Assembly (NCBI GenBank): GCA_963663965.2
Contig: CAXXFK010000013.1
Location: 181,469 to 245,468 of the forward strand
Length of the DNA stretch: 64,000 nt
Source: Sedimentisphaerales bacterium
GTDB lineage: Bacteria; Planctomycetota; Phycisphaerae; Sedimentisphaerales; SM23-30
Direction of reading: 5' to 3'
Shown here piece after piece: positions 29,410 through 40,000 of the stretch. The position numbers and the translations under genes were made by a program. The first letter of the stretch is position 1, and every line of letters begins with the position of its first letter. A model generated the notes under the pieces. It was not told where the DNA came from and did not search any database. It saw only the letters and a program-made list of their open reading frames with translations.

Positions 29410-32400
29410 CTATTGCAATTGGAGAGTGATATCCTGTTCGATTATTCCATTTTCAGGCCAGGTATCAACAGGCAATTTGATCCTGGTATGATAACAACTT
29501 AACGTATAATACATGCCTTCCGGGATGGGCATGATTGTATTAAACCTATATTGGCCGTTTGGATCTGTCAGAGTTTTGTTGCAGTAGATCGAGTAGGCGC
29601 CATGTTTGTCTCCAGTCAGATTGATTTCCACTTTCATTTTATTGAGCGGTTTCCCTTTTGAAGAGCGAGCCACACCCTGTAGTGTCAAGGCCGGTTGGAG
29701 TTGCAGAAGCACTTCATCCTGATAACTCTGGTTCATCAGAAACGTCGCTGCAAGTTTGCGTTTTTCATGGAACACGATCAAATGACAGGGAATATCAATC
29801 AAATCCGGGTAAGATTGTGTTTTAGCTAACCTGGGATCCCAGACAAATTCCACTTTGCCATTTGACCGGGTTGAAACGTATTCATAATCCGCGTTATTAG
29901 AAGCGCTGCCCATTGTCAGACTTTGAGAAATGAAAAATGGCATCTCCGGGACAAATATCATTCGAGCGTCTTCAACCGGTTGGTTGTCAGGATCGACGAC
30001 GGTTGCTCTTAACCTGGGAATGGATTCCATTTTTATTTGGATATCGTATTGATTCTGATTTTCGATCGAGATGGTTTCCGGACGTTCCAGCATTCGAAAG
30101 GCGAGATATTTTTCTGCACGAATTTGAAGTGGTCCGACCGGAACAACACACCAGGTCCGGCCATTTCGGTCGGTAGAACGAGAGATATAAGAATTGGAAT
30201 TGGCCATGGCAATACTATTGAAATAGATGGCAATATCCTCAACCGGGAGGTTGGTGGCTGCGTCAACAGCTGAGATATTAACCAGGGCGTTCTGCCCCAG
30301 TTGAACCTCATTCAATTGGGGAGGATCCCTTGGTTTGTCAGCGATAATGTAGATAGATTCATTTCCCGCACGGGCATGCGCGTGTGTCATAAACCCGTTA
30401 AGATTGACACCGATATCAATAGTCCCCGCAGAGAGTTCATCGAAGCGAAATTTTCCGTTTTTATCGGTCACAACAGGCAGGAACTGAGCTTGACGAGGAC
30501 CTGAGATTGAGATTTCGGCGCCATTAACCAGCCGACCAGCAACGTCATAGACCGTTCCGGCGATAGATAATGAGGCCTTTTGCAGGATAATATCATTCAT
30601 GACCACTTCGGCGGCATCCAGCATAATCATATTTTTCTGTTGCTGCTTTATCGGATTTTGCTTCTGAATCTGGGGAGGAATATTAGAAGGTATGGAGGTG
30701 GGGCGATAAGGCGATTTTGACTGGAATTCCAGACGCTCTCTTTTTCCTCCGTATTGATCGGCAACGGCAAACACCGAGTAATAAAAGGGCGGTTTACCCG
30801 ATCGAGTAAGAAATTCGAATGAATAAGTACCATCATTATCCGTGCTGGTCGTTTGGATAATATTTCCGGACGCTTTTGAAGAGAATATGTCGGATGGATT
30901 GATTTCCAGAGATACCGTGGCATCAGGAATCGGATGGCTTTCGGCATCCAGGACCTTTCCAGTCATATTAAACGTTAATCCCATTTTGATGGTTATTTCC
31001 AGTCCGGACATGCCCAGGAAGTATTTATTTAATGATACCCCGGCCAGTTTTTTATCGGGATAATAAGCCAGCAAACAGGTTGGGACCGAATCATAACTAT
31101 TCTCTGTACGAAAGGGAGGTAGCATCGCGCGAAGTTGATCCACGGGCAGTTCCGCGTTTCCCGATGGATCGGTTAGTCCAAGATATTCATTGCCGGGAAA
31201 CAAAAAAAGTTCCGCATCCGATACGGCCTGACCGTTCTGGTCTTCGACGTGAATTAACCAACCCCCAGATCGTTTTTTCTGTTCGACCGGATCAACCGGT
31301 TTTTGGGGAGATATCAGAGGGATTAAGAACCGATTTCCCTGATTTTCCGCCACTAATAAAGTATCTTTATTGGGTATGACCTGATAAGGCATAAATTGAT
31401 CTATTTTGAATTGATAGGATCCTGAAGGCAGTTTAAGTCTGGTTTCGGTATTGGGATTGGAAAAAAGGTGGAAGGTTAATTTTGTTTCTGAATGAACGAG
31501 AGAATAGTGAATAGGATTTTTATTTGGAAGTGGCGATTGGCAGACCAGTTTAATTGTTGTTTCGTACGGTTTTTCTGCATTCAATTCAAGGTAGGTATTT
31601 TCATTGTCTGTAACAGTTATTGTTTGGCGATTGAAAAAGTAATCTGACTGTTTCATATTTGAAATGTCCTGGTTGATTGCATACAAACCAGGCAGACACA
31701 ACCGTTGAAAGTATCCTTCGCTGTTGGTGATGGCACAAAAGGACAGGTCAGAGCTCTTTTCATCTTTGAGGCGGAGAAAATTGACGCGAATATCCGCTAC
31801 ACCTTGTCCAGTACCCGGATCGATAATCCGTCCGGCCAAAGAGGTTGTCAGGCGCCAGATGTTCAGTTCGACATTCTGGTCACCGGTATAAAATCGTGGC
31901 GTGTCTGGCAGTGTGGGTTGATAAACCACACGCGTTTCAATTCCTGATTTAATGAAGCCAGTTTCGTGAGGAGCATAGAGTTTTGTTTTTGAGTAGCTGT
32001 AACCTGGCAGAAAGGCGCCATTTTTATCTGTGACGCCGAATTCGGCGCTCCATTTGTCAGGCAAACCTTCTATGATGAATCTGCCATTCCAGTCCGTTTG
32101 GGTTTGCAAGTGGGGTAAATTCATCAACGCCAGCGGGATGTTCAGGAGGAGATAATCATCATTGTCCGGCATCAGGACCGCATGGACCGTGATGTCCCTT
32201 GCCGGCTGTCCGTCCTGGTCCCTGACTATCCCTGATAACGAATTGGATTGATGCAAAAGCAGTGCAGACTCGATCGAATTATCCAACTCATAACGCTGAC
32301 AGAAAGCCATTCCGTAACCCGTTTTGGAGGCAACAATCAAGAAATTGCTGTCACGATAATTATTGCTATCAAGAAGCTGATACGAAATTTCAAATTGACC

Positions 32401-32721
32401 ATCTGGATTTGATTTGCTTTCACCCAATTTTTGTACCGGCAATCCAATTATTCCCATACTATGGTCGGAACAGTATACTTTTTCCGTTTCCGCCCCAATG
32501 GTATAGGAGTTGTTTTGGAAATAATACACTTCAATCAAGGCATCATTAACCGGTTGTTTATTCCAGTCGACCACATAACCTTTATCAACCGATTCAAATA
32601 AAATATCAGATATTATGGGTTCGCGATCCAATGGTAAAGGTATTCGCTCAATGGGTTCTGGAATATCCGACAGATGATTGACGCAAAAGATTAAAATAAG
32701 ATATCGTACCAACTCAACCAT
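29410..32721 (-). CDS. Large protein with multiple carboxypeptidase-regulatory-like beta-sandwich domains
   Basis: 1103 aa; repeated 'G.V.D..G.P.....V ... TD.NG.F.F' units; more AT-rich than its neighbours. Confidence 0.7.
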   Translation of the reverse strand: MVELVRYLILIFCVNHLSDIPEPIERIPLPLDREPIISDILFESVDKGYVVDWNKQPVNDALIEVYYFQNNSYTIGAETEKVYCSDHSMGIIGLPVQKLGESKSNPDGQFEISYQLLDSNNYRDSNFLIVASKTGYGMAFCQRYELDNSIESALLLHQSNSLSGIVRDQDGQPARDITVHAVLMPDNDDYLLLNIPLALMNLPHLQTQTDWNGRFIIEGLPDKWSAEFGVTDKNGAFLPGYSYSKTKLYAPHETGFIKSGIETRVVYQPTLPDTPRFYTGDQNVELNIWRLTTSLAGRIIDPGTGQGVADIRVNFLRLKDEKSSDLSFCAITNSEGYFQRLCLPGLYAINQDISNMKQSDYFFNRQTITVTDNENTYLELNAEKPYETTIKLVCQSPLPNKNPIHYSLVHSETKLTFHLFSNPNTETRLKLPSGSYQFKIDQFMPYQVIPNKDTLLVAENQGNRFLIPLISPQKPVDPVEQKKRSGGWLIHVEDQNGQAVSDAELFLFPGNEYLGLTDPSGNAELPVDQLRAMLPPFRTENSYDSVPTCLLAYYPDKKLAGVSLNKYFLGMSGLEITIKMGLTFNMTGKVLDAESHPIPDATVSLEINPSDIFSSKASGNIIQTTSTDNDGTYSFEFLTRSGKPPFYYSVFAVADQYGGKRERLEFQSKSPYRPTSIPSNIPPQIQKQNPIKQQQKNMIMLDAAEVVMNDIILQKASLSIAGTVYDVAGRLVNGAEISISGPRQAQFLPVVTDKNGKFRFDELSAGTIDIGVNLNGFMTHAHARAGNESIYIIADKPRDPPQLNEVQLGQNALVNISAVDAATNLPVEDIAIYFNSIAMANSNSYISRSTDRNGRTWCVVPVGPLQIRAEKYLAFRMLERPETISIENQNQYDIQIKMESIPRLRATVVDPDNQPVEDARMIFVPEMPFFISQSLTMGSASNNADYEYVSTRSNGKVEFVWDPRLAKTQSYPDLIDIPCHLIVFHEKRKLAATFLMNQSYQDEVLLQLQPALTLQGVARSSKGKPLNKMKVEINLTGDKHGAYSIYCNKTLTDPNGQYRFNTIMPIPEGMYYTLSCYHTRIKLPVDTWPENGIIEQDITLQLQ

Positions 32722-32866
32722 AGTGCCCCCTAATAAACCGGCATTTAAGACACATTTGAACTGTTCGTTGATTAAGCCAATTAAAAAATTGGCTACTTAA
32801 AAAACACAGCTATAAACTTATCAAGATAAATGAGTTAGGATTATCCAAGATTCGCATCAAATAGAC

Positions 32867-33619
32867 TTACTGCCTCTGGCCAATCGCGCCCAGGATGGGT
32901 TTGACGAAATTCGGGATGATTTTTTCGTTCATGATCTGTTCGCAATAGAGTTTCTGGCGGTCGTAGGATTGGAGGCAGTCGAATTTATGGGTGGGATCGG
33001 GGTACTGGCGGAGAGACAGGTACAGGCTGATCTGATCGTCGTCTTTGTATTTACCGGTGCGGACCTGGTAGGCGCCGGTGCGGGATTCCAGCGAGATTTT
33101 GGCCTGGAGCCGGCAGTCGGGAGTGAGGCTGATAATGACGGAGGGATCAAAACCGATGGGCCGGGCTTCGGGATAATCCAGAAGACTGAAGAAGGGGGTA
33201 TTGCTGAAGAGGGCGTCGGCCAGGATTTCATCATGATTGCCTTCGAAGTCGAAATCCATGCCATAAAGGATATCGAGGGAATCGACATCGAGATGATTGA
33301 CCCCGAGCATATAGGGGACGAGTTCGAGAATCAGTTTGTGAAGTTCATCAGCTTTTTCAATGGAATCGGGATTGACATACCCGCTGCAGATCCGGTCCTG
33401 CTCAATGGTTACCCAACGATAACTACCGGCTTCGCGGTCTTCATCCAGGCAGAATTCCCCGGTTTCGCGCTGGTAGAAATTATTCATGGTGGGAAACTGG
33501 CGTTGGATCCGCTCAAAGAAATGAAGGATCGTATCGCGCTCGGAAGGTAATTCCAGCTCGGTATTCAGGTTCATATTGACATAAAAGTCGTCACAGAGCG
33601 AACCATATGAGGTTGCCAT
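32867..33619 (-). CDS. Conserved hypothetical protein (planctomycete-type)
   Basis: 250-aa ORF with AAGGA RBS; 'DDFYVNMNLNTELELP..RDTILHFFE' N-terminus that I associate with Planctomycetota hypotheticals. Confidence 0.65.
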   Translation of the reverse strand: MATSYGSLCDDFYVNMNLNTELELPSERDTILHFFERIQRQFPTMNNFYQRETGEFCLDEDREAGSYRWVTIEQDRICSGYVNPDSIEKADELHKLILELVPYMLGVNHLDVDSLDILYGMDFDFEGNHDEILADALFSNTPFFSLLDYPEARPIGFDPSVIISLTPDCRLQAKISLESRTGAYQVRTGKYKDDDQISLYLSLRQYPDPTHKFDCLQSYDRQKLYCEQIMNEKIIPNFVKPILGAIGQRQ

Positions 33620-33886
33620 TGAAGATTATCCTTTCAAAGAGCCGCGGCGGTCCGGATTGGCCGCATACAGACTTTCTCTAACTTTCGTCGGTTCTGGCCG
33701 GTCCTTGTAAACATTGCTTATTGTTCGTTATAAGCACCTGTCTATGCGTACCTTACGGCCGGAATGGATAAGACCTAAGTATCATCCACCATTTTCAGTA
33801 TATCATAAATGGCAGGAAAATGACAATGATTTTGCCAGTTTCCGATAATTTTTTACTCTAGGGGATCTTTTTACAGAGCCAAAAAG

Positions 33887-34732
33887 TCAGCCGATGATTC
33901 CATTGATCAGGCAAATAAATGTAACTATGGTAATAATAACAAGATAAATGGAAAATAATGTCAATTTGGCTTTTCTGACCGCCCAGATGAGGAGTTGGAG
34001 CGCCAGGAAGCCAACCAGGCCGCTGACAATCGTACCGGCCATGGTGGGGCCCCAGGGCAATCCCTGTGGATTGTTGCTGAAAAAATCGATTCCTTCAAGC
34101 AAGCTGGCGCCTGCAATCGCCGGGATACCGATCAGGAAGCTGAATTCACCCGCCCAGCGCCGGTGAAGCCCCAGCAGAACGGCGGCGCAGATAGTGGAGC
34201 CGCTGCGCGAAATGCCGGGGAATAACGCGAAACCCTGAGCCAGACCGATGATAATCGCGGCGCCGATCCCAAATTGTTTGATGCCGATGCGACGGCCCCG
34301 GTTTTTGTCGGTCAGCCATAAAACAACCGCGGTAATCAGCCAGCAAATCATGACAATTTGCGGTTTTTCGAAACCCTGGTCGATGACTTTGTCGAGTAAT
34401 TTGTAAAAAACAAAGGTGGTTAAAATTGCTGTGAGCGCCAGGATACTGAAACGAATACCGGGAGATGTTTTCCAGGCGTTAACTGGATTGTTGAGCAGAG
34501 GCAATCCCCGTATGAGGCTGACAGAATAGCGTGAAATACTACGGCGGTAGAAAACCAGGACCGCAGCCATGGTACCCAGATGGACGGCCAGGTCAAAAAT
34601 GATCATGGCTTGAGAATGAGGATCTATGTCCATAAAATGTTGAATCATGACCAGATGGCCGGAACTGGATACCGGAAGGAATTCTGTCAGTCCCTGGATC
34701 ATACCGAGAATAATGGCTTGAATATATGACAT
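33887..34732 (-). CDS. uppP: Undecaprenyl-diphosphate phosphatase (BacA family)
   Basis: QGLTEFLPVSSSGHL, HLGT, PGISRSGSTI, FSFLIGIP. Confidence 0.95.
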   Translation of the reverse strand: MSYIQAIILGMIQGLTEFLPVSSSGHLVMIQHFMDIDPHSQAMIIFDLAVHLGTMAAVLVFYRRSISRYSVSLIRGLPLLNNPVNAWKTSPGIRFSILALTAILTTFVFYKLLDKVIDQGFEKPQIVMICWLITAVVLWLTDKNRGRRIGIKQFGIGAAIIIGLAQGFALFPGISRSGSTICAAVLLGLHRRWAGEFSFLIGIPAIAGASLLEGIDFFSNNPQGLPWGPTMAGTIVSGLVGFLALQLLIWAVRKAKLTLFSIYLVIITIVTFICLINGIIG

Positions 34733-34742
34733 TGATCATCCT

Positions 34743-35258
34743 TTAACGATTAAATCCGGTCATGGCTTGGAGCAAGCCCAATTGCCAGACACATTGGAGC
34801 GCCAAAGCCGCATAAACTCCGGCGGCGATGTCATCCATTAATACGCCGAAGCTGGATTTAAGGTTGTCGAAATAACAGGCGGGCCAGGGTTTGATAATAT
34901 CGAAAATCCGGAAAAGTATGAAGCCGGTGGCGGTGAAGGCCAGGGTTAAGTTGATGGGCCAGTCGGAGCAATTCCACAGCCAGAGAAATGTCAGGGCCTG
35001 TCCGGCCACTTCATCACTGACGATCATACCGGGATCGTCGCCTAATTCGGAGATGGCCCGGGGGCCGAATTGGAGGGTTGCCCAGGATCCCCAGAGGATT
35101 AAGAAGAGCAGGGCGGCGATAATCCAGAAAGGTGGGGTTTTTACGGCAAGCAGAATGACCAGCAGGGCGGCGGTAACCGCAGAACCCCAAGTACCGGGGG
35201 CAATGGGTAGCAGGCCAGCGCCGAATGCGGATAACATCAGTTTGGGGACAAGTTTCAT
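34743..35258 (-). CDS. pgpA: Phosphatidylglycerophosphatase A
   Basis: GAGLLPIAPGTWGS, DPGMIVSDEVAGQ, LFRIFDIIKPWP, GVLMDDIAAG. Confidence 0.93.
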   Translation of the reverse strand: MKLVPKLMLSAFGAGLLPIAPGTWGSAVTAALLVILLAVKTPPFWIIAALLFLILWGSWATLQFGPRAISELGDDPGMIVSDEVAGQALTFLWLWNCSDWPINLTLAFTATGFILFRIFDIIKPWPACYFDNLKSSFGVLMDDIAAGVYAALALQCVWQLGLLQAMTGFNR

Positions 35259-35331
35259 ATTTACTATTTCGGTAACTGGCTGGAAAAGATGAAGTTATCG
35301 ATGAGATTATGGCGGAAGGGGAAAAATGCGC

Positions 35332-35365
35332 AAAAAAAGACCACAAGAAAACGATTCTTGTGGTC
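35332..35365 (-). terminator. Rho-independent terminator of the PEP-CTERM gene
   Basis: GACCACAAGAA/TTCTTGTGGTC hairpin (35339-35365) followed by a U tract on the minus strand. Confidence 0.75.
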
Positions 35366-35395
35366 CTCATTTTTTCTTACGGTCGCTTTGAAAAC

Positions 35396-36040
35396 TTATT
35401 TGCGGCGACGCAGAACGGCCAAACCACTCAGAGCCATCAGGCTCAGGGTTGCCGGTTCGGGGATGTAATTGTAAGCAACAGTTACATCTGCGGCTGCGTT
35501 GGAAGATGCAAACAGAATGATATTGCTTGCACCATCATAGGACAGAGAACCCTGCGCCAGCAGAGGCAGTAAGATATCGCCGGTGCCGGTGAACAGAGCT
35601 TTGTCAGATGCTGACAGGAGGGTGACAGTTTCTGACATATTGTCTTCCATGGTATCGAACGTGTGACCAGCAGGAGCACCGAAATCAACTACGCCGTCTT
35701 TAGCTTCGACGGAAGCAGTTTCAGTTGCGGATACAACCTGAACCCAGATGTTAGAGTTATCCGGTCTTTTCAGACGCAGAATAGCTTGCAGATCCAGGGT
35801 CACAGTGACCGGAGCGTTGCTCATGTTTTCGAAACCAGCCTGGCCCACAACTTTGCCATCGATTGTAATATCAATGCTTTGCAAAGTGAGGGTACCACCC
35901 ATGGTGTCGAACTTAGGAATATTGAGCACCGTGTTCCAGTTCGTTGGAGCCAATCCAACGGAAGCCGTGTAGGAAATCTGAGACGCGCTCGCAATGCCAA
36001 CCAGGCACAGCAAAGCGACCAAAATACAACTTCTTTTCAT
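35396..36040 (-). CDS. PEP-CTERM sorting domain protein (choice-of-anchor E-like)
   Basis: GGAGGA RBS before ATG 36040; signal peptide; 'IPKFDTMGGTLTLQSI'; C-terminal IPEPATLSLMALSGLAVLRRRK. Confidence 0.88.
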   Translation of the reverse strand: MKRSCILVALLCLVGIASASQISYTASVGLAPTNWNTVLNIPKFDTMGGTLTLQSIDITIDGKVVGQAGFENMSNAPVTVTLDLQAILRLKRPDNSNIWVQVVSATETASVEAKDGVVDFGAPAGHTFDTMEDNMSETVTLLSASDKALFTGTGDILLPLLAQGSLSYDGASNIILFASSNAAADVTVAYNYIPEPATLSLMALSGLAVLRRRK

Positions 36041-36548
36041 TTTAAATCCTCCGTAAGAAAAATTTTCAGAGTTTGAATCTCCATACAAACAACATTAGTT
36101 TGTATATACCAAGGCACTTAGAAAGAAAAAACACTTAACATTCAATATTGTATAAACAATCAGCAGGCAAGTCAACAGGATTTTTACAGATATAAATCCA
36201 CAAAACATTGCCGCAGATCACTTATATAGTGTCATTATACCTGCAAATGTGTCGGTAATTTAGAAAAAATTTAAAATAATTTAAAAAAAATCAGGATGAA
36301 TTTGGCATAAAAATGCGTGTAAGTCTTTATTTAATAATAAAATATGACAAAAAATACTGTTCAGGGTGGCGCTATAGGGCTTGTATCGATCTTAACGGAT
36401 TATATTCATGAAGCCTGGCGCTGGAAAAATTCTTTAAATTTAATCATAACAGACTGTTATGATAAAAAAAAGGTTTATCGGATGTCAATTAAGAATCAGC
36501 CATGGTCTGATAAATAAGGATTTATTAAATCTGGAATTAAACCCAGGT

Positions 36549-36796
36549 CGGTCAAGCTACAGTAAAAGAAGTGATAGTCCACACAAAAAAGAAGGTTAAC
36601 AGCCACTTAGACAGGAAAATCCCGATCCCGATGGCTCGGGATTTCGCCTTGCTCAATATCCGGGACTTTCAGCTGAACAACAGGATGAAACGCATAAGGT
36701 AGCGGTTTTATCTTATAAGGTATTATTTTTAATATACTTATAAAGTATTAAAATAAAAATCCTGCTAAGAAAACAAAGAGATGATGGATTGTCGTA
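36549..36796 (+). repeat. Dispersed non-coding repeat element, copy 2 (with extra AT-rich insert)
   Basis: Core 36598-36676 is 77/79 identical to 20043-20121. Confidence 0.9.
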
Positions 36797-36997
36797 TGAA
36801 GACCTTTGGGAAACCGCTTTCGATAACATTTATATTTTGCAAAGCCTTATGAATATCTGGTTAATTGAAAAGTGAATATTCATATTATTATTGTAACCAG
36901 GAAGTGTCAGTTTTTTTCAATCTCATCAAACATTTTATGTCGGGGAAGAAATCGGATGCGATTAAATCCTGAAGGGGGCATTCTTGTGGGTTTATAT

Positions 36998-37035
36998 AAA
37001 AAAAAAGAGGTCCGTTATAAGCTACGGACCTCTTT
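36998..37035 (-). terminator. Rho-independent terminator of the tricorn protease gene
   Basis: AAAGAGGTCCGT/ACGGACCTCTTT hairpin (37004-37035) plus a poly-U tract on the minus strand. Confidence 0.8.
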
Positions 37036-37054
37036 GATAATAACCGGGGATAAA

Positions 37055-40000
37055 TTATTTCACAGGATAAGGGGGCAACGGAGGCAGGGTGACTTCTTCA
37101 GTTTTAAGTTTTTCCAGAATCACTTCGATTGCCTTATCCAGTTGCTGGTCATTGCCCTGATATTCCTGCCAGGGATCGTTGTCGACGAAGATATCCGGTT
37201 CGACACCGACGCCTTCGATAATATAATTTTTGCCTTCGATATCGTAGCGTGAATGTTCCGGTTTCATGAGAGAACCGCCATCCAGGAAGGGAAGCGAGCC
37301 GCTGATGCCCACAACGCCGCCCCAGGTGGTTTTGCCGATGACGGGGCCGAGTTTGTGCTGTTTGAAACGGTAGGTGAACAGGTCACCGTCGGAAGCGGAG
37401 TATTCATCGCAGAGACAGACCAGCGGTCCGACGATCATTTCGCCGGGATTGGGAGTGGGATCGATATTGCGGGCGTAGGTGATCATGGCGATTTCGCGGC
37501 GGAGCCGTTCGATCAGCATGGGGGAGACATTGCCGCCGCCATTGCCGCGGACGTCGATGATCAGTGCTTTCTTACTAAGTTGGGGATAGAAATGTTTGAC
37601 AAATTCGTTCAGGCCCGGCACACCCATGTCCGGGACGTGGATATACCCCACCTTACCGTCGGTGGCTTCGCTGACTGTGTCAATATTGGTCTGTACCCAT
37701 TGGTAGTAATAGAGTTCGCTTTCATCGTCGATGGGTTTGACGATGGTTTTGCGGCTGCCGCGCAGGCGGGGCTTATTATTGACGGTCAGTTCGACCTGGC
37801 GGCCGGCCTTGTCAATCAGGAGTTCGTAGAGGTTGGTAACGGTATTGGTTTCGACTCCGTCAATGGCGATAATGTAATCCTGTTCATGGACATCCACGCC
37901 GATTTCGGTCAGGGGCGAACGGAGGGGGCGGTCCCAGTTCTGGCCGGGCAGGATGGCATCGATCTGGAAATAACCTGTGTCATCGCGGCTGATCCGGGCG
38001 CCCAGCAATCCCAGTTTGATCCGGGGGGCCTGGGGATAATCGCCGCCATTGACATAGGCATGGCCGCAGTTGAGTTCGCTGATCATTTCGCCGATGACGT
38101 AGGTCAGGTCGCAGCGATGGTTGACAAAGTCGACCAACGGGGCGTAGCGTTCGCGCATCCCGGGCCAGTCCACACCGTGCATATTGGGAACATGGAAGAA
38201 CTCACGTAACTGACGCCAGCTTTCATCATAAATCTGGCGCCATTCCGACTGGCGGTCGAGATAGACTGTCATACCGGACAAGTTCAGTGGATTATCGATT
38301 TTGGCGGAGCCTCTGGGCAGGTCGATGATCCCGAAGCTGCCTCTGTTACGCAGCAGCATTTTTTTGCCATTGGCAGAAATGGTGTAGCTGGAAACACTAC
38401 CCAGTTCGGTTTGTTTCTTCTCTTTGAGATCGAACATAAACAGCAGGGTCTGGTTATCTTTATAGCCATTGCGGGTATAATAAACGGTGTCCTCCACGCA
38501 ATCGATGTGGCCGTAGGCTGAGGGTGGGATGGGCAGGCTGACGGAACGGGCCATAATGCCTTCCCGGTCAATTTTGACGTTAATGGTTTTATCCGCCGGT
38601 ACGGGTTTGGATTCGGGTTCTTTTTTGTTTTTGGTATTCTTTTTAGTATCGGTTTTTTTCTTTTTCTTTTCTGCTTTGGGAGCCGGTTTATCTGTGGATT
38701 TATCCGTCGCTTCGGTATTTACTGCCGTTTCGTCGCTTTCATAGGCAAAGGGCGAGGGGGTATCGGCCGCGAGGGTGATGAGATAGACCTTTTCCATGTC
38801 GATATAGGCGTGGTTCCATTCGGTCCAGCTGTAAATGGGATTGAAATCACGATTGGAAGTGAACAGCAGGTATTTGCCATTGCGGCTGAAGACCGGATCT
38901 TTGACATCAAACCAGCCGTCAGTGACCGGGAAAGATTCGCCGTCTTCCAGATTGTAGAGGTAGAGGCGGTTCATTGCCTGCCATTCGGGGTGGACATAGA
39001 CCACCCAGCGGCTATCGGGCGACCATTCGTATTGGCGGATGGCGCCGGTGGAGGTTGAGTCGATTTCGACGATTTCCTTTTGTTCGATATCGATATAGCG
39101 GAGCCGCATGCGGCGATCGGACCAGAGCAGTTTGCGGCTGTCGGGCGACCAGCGTAGAGAGAACAGGTAGGTGTCACCCTCTGAGGTCATTTGTTGTGGT
39201 TCACCGGAACCATCCTGAGCAGTGAGGTAGATTTCATCTTCACCGGTGGCATCGGAGATCCAGGCGATCCAGCGGCCATCCGGGGACCAGGTACTATTCC
39301 GTTCATGGACACCGGGAGTGCCCGTGAGGTTACGGACTTCGCCATTTCTGGCCGGGATGGTAAAGACATCGCCGCGCGCTCCCATCAGGGCCCGTTTGCC
39401 ATCGGGGGCAATATCAAAGTTGGTAATCTGGTCATCCACGTTAATCAGCTTGTCACGGCCGATACTGAGATCTTCACAGATTTCGATGTCGATTTTTTGA
39501 GGTTCGCCATCCGGCAATTCGACACGATAGAGCCAACCGCCGTTTTCAAAAATGATGGCATCGTTACCCAGAGATGGGAATTTGATATCGAAATCTTGGA
39601 AATCGGTCAGTTTCCGGTTTTTTTCTTTTTTGAGGTCATAAGCGAACAGGTTCATGCGACCGTTGTCACGGTCTGAAATGAAGTAGATGGTATTGTCATG
39701 CCACATGGGGAAAATATCCTGGGCAGGATTGTTGGTGATATTGGTGGTAGTATGATCATTGAAATCGTGGATCCAGATATCATCTGCCATGCCGCCGCGA
39801 TAGCGTTTCCAGGTGCGGAACTCGCGGAAGACACGATTATAGGCCATCCGGTCGCCTTGAAAGGAGCAGAATCCGCCCACGGGCACTTCGAGCTGGACCG
39901 GCAGGCCGCCTTCCAGATCGACAGTGTAAAGAGAGCCCTTGAAGGAATTAAAAGAGGTCATTCTGGAACGGAACACGACGGATTTGCCATCGGGGGTCCA

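Noticed and set aside
37253..38209. 318-aa plus-strand ORF
   Set aside because: Antisense shadow of the tricorn protease gene, caused by codon bias; no recognisable motifs.
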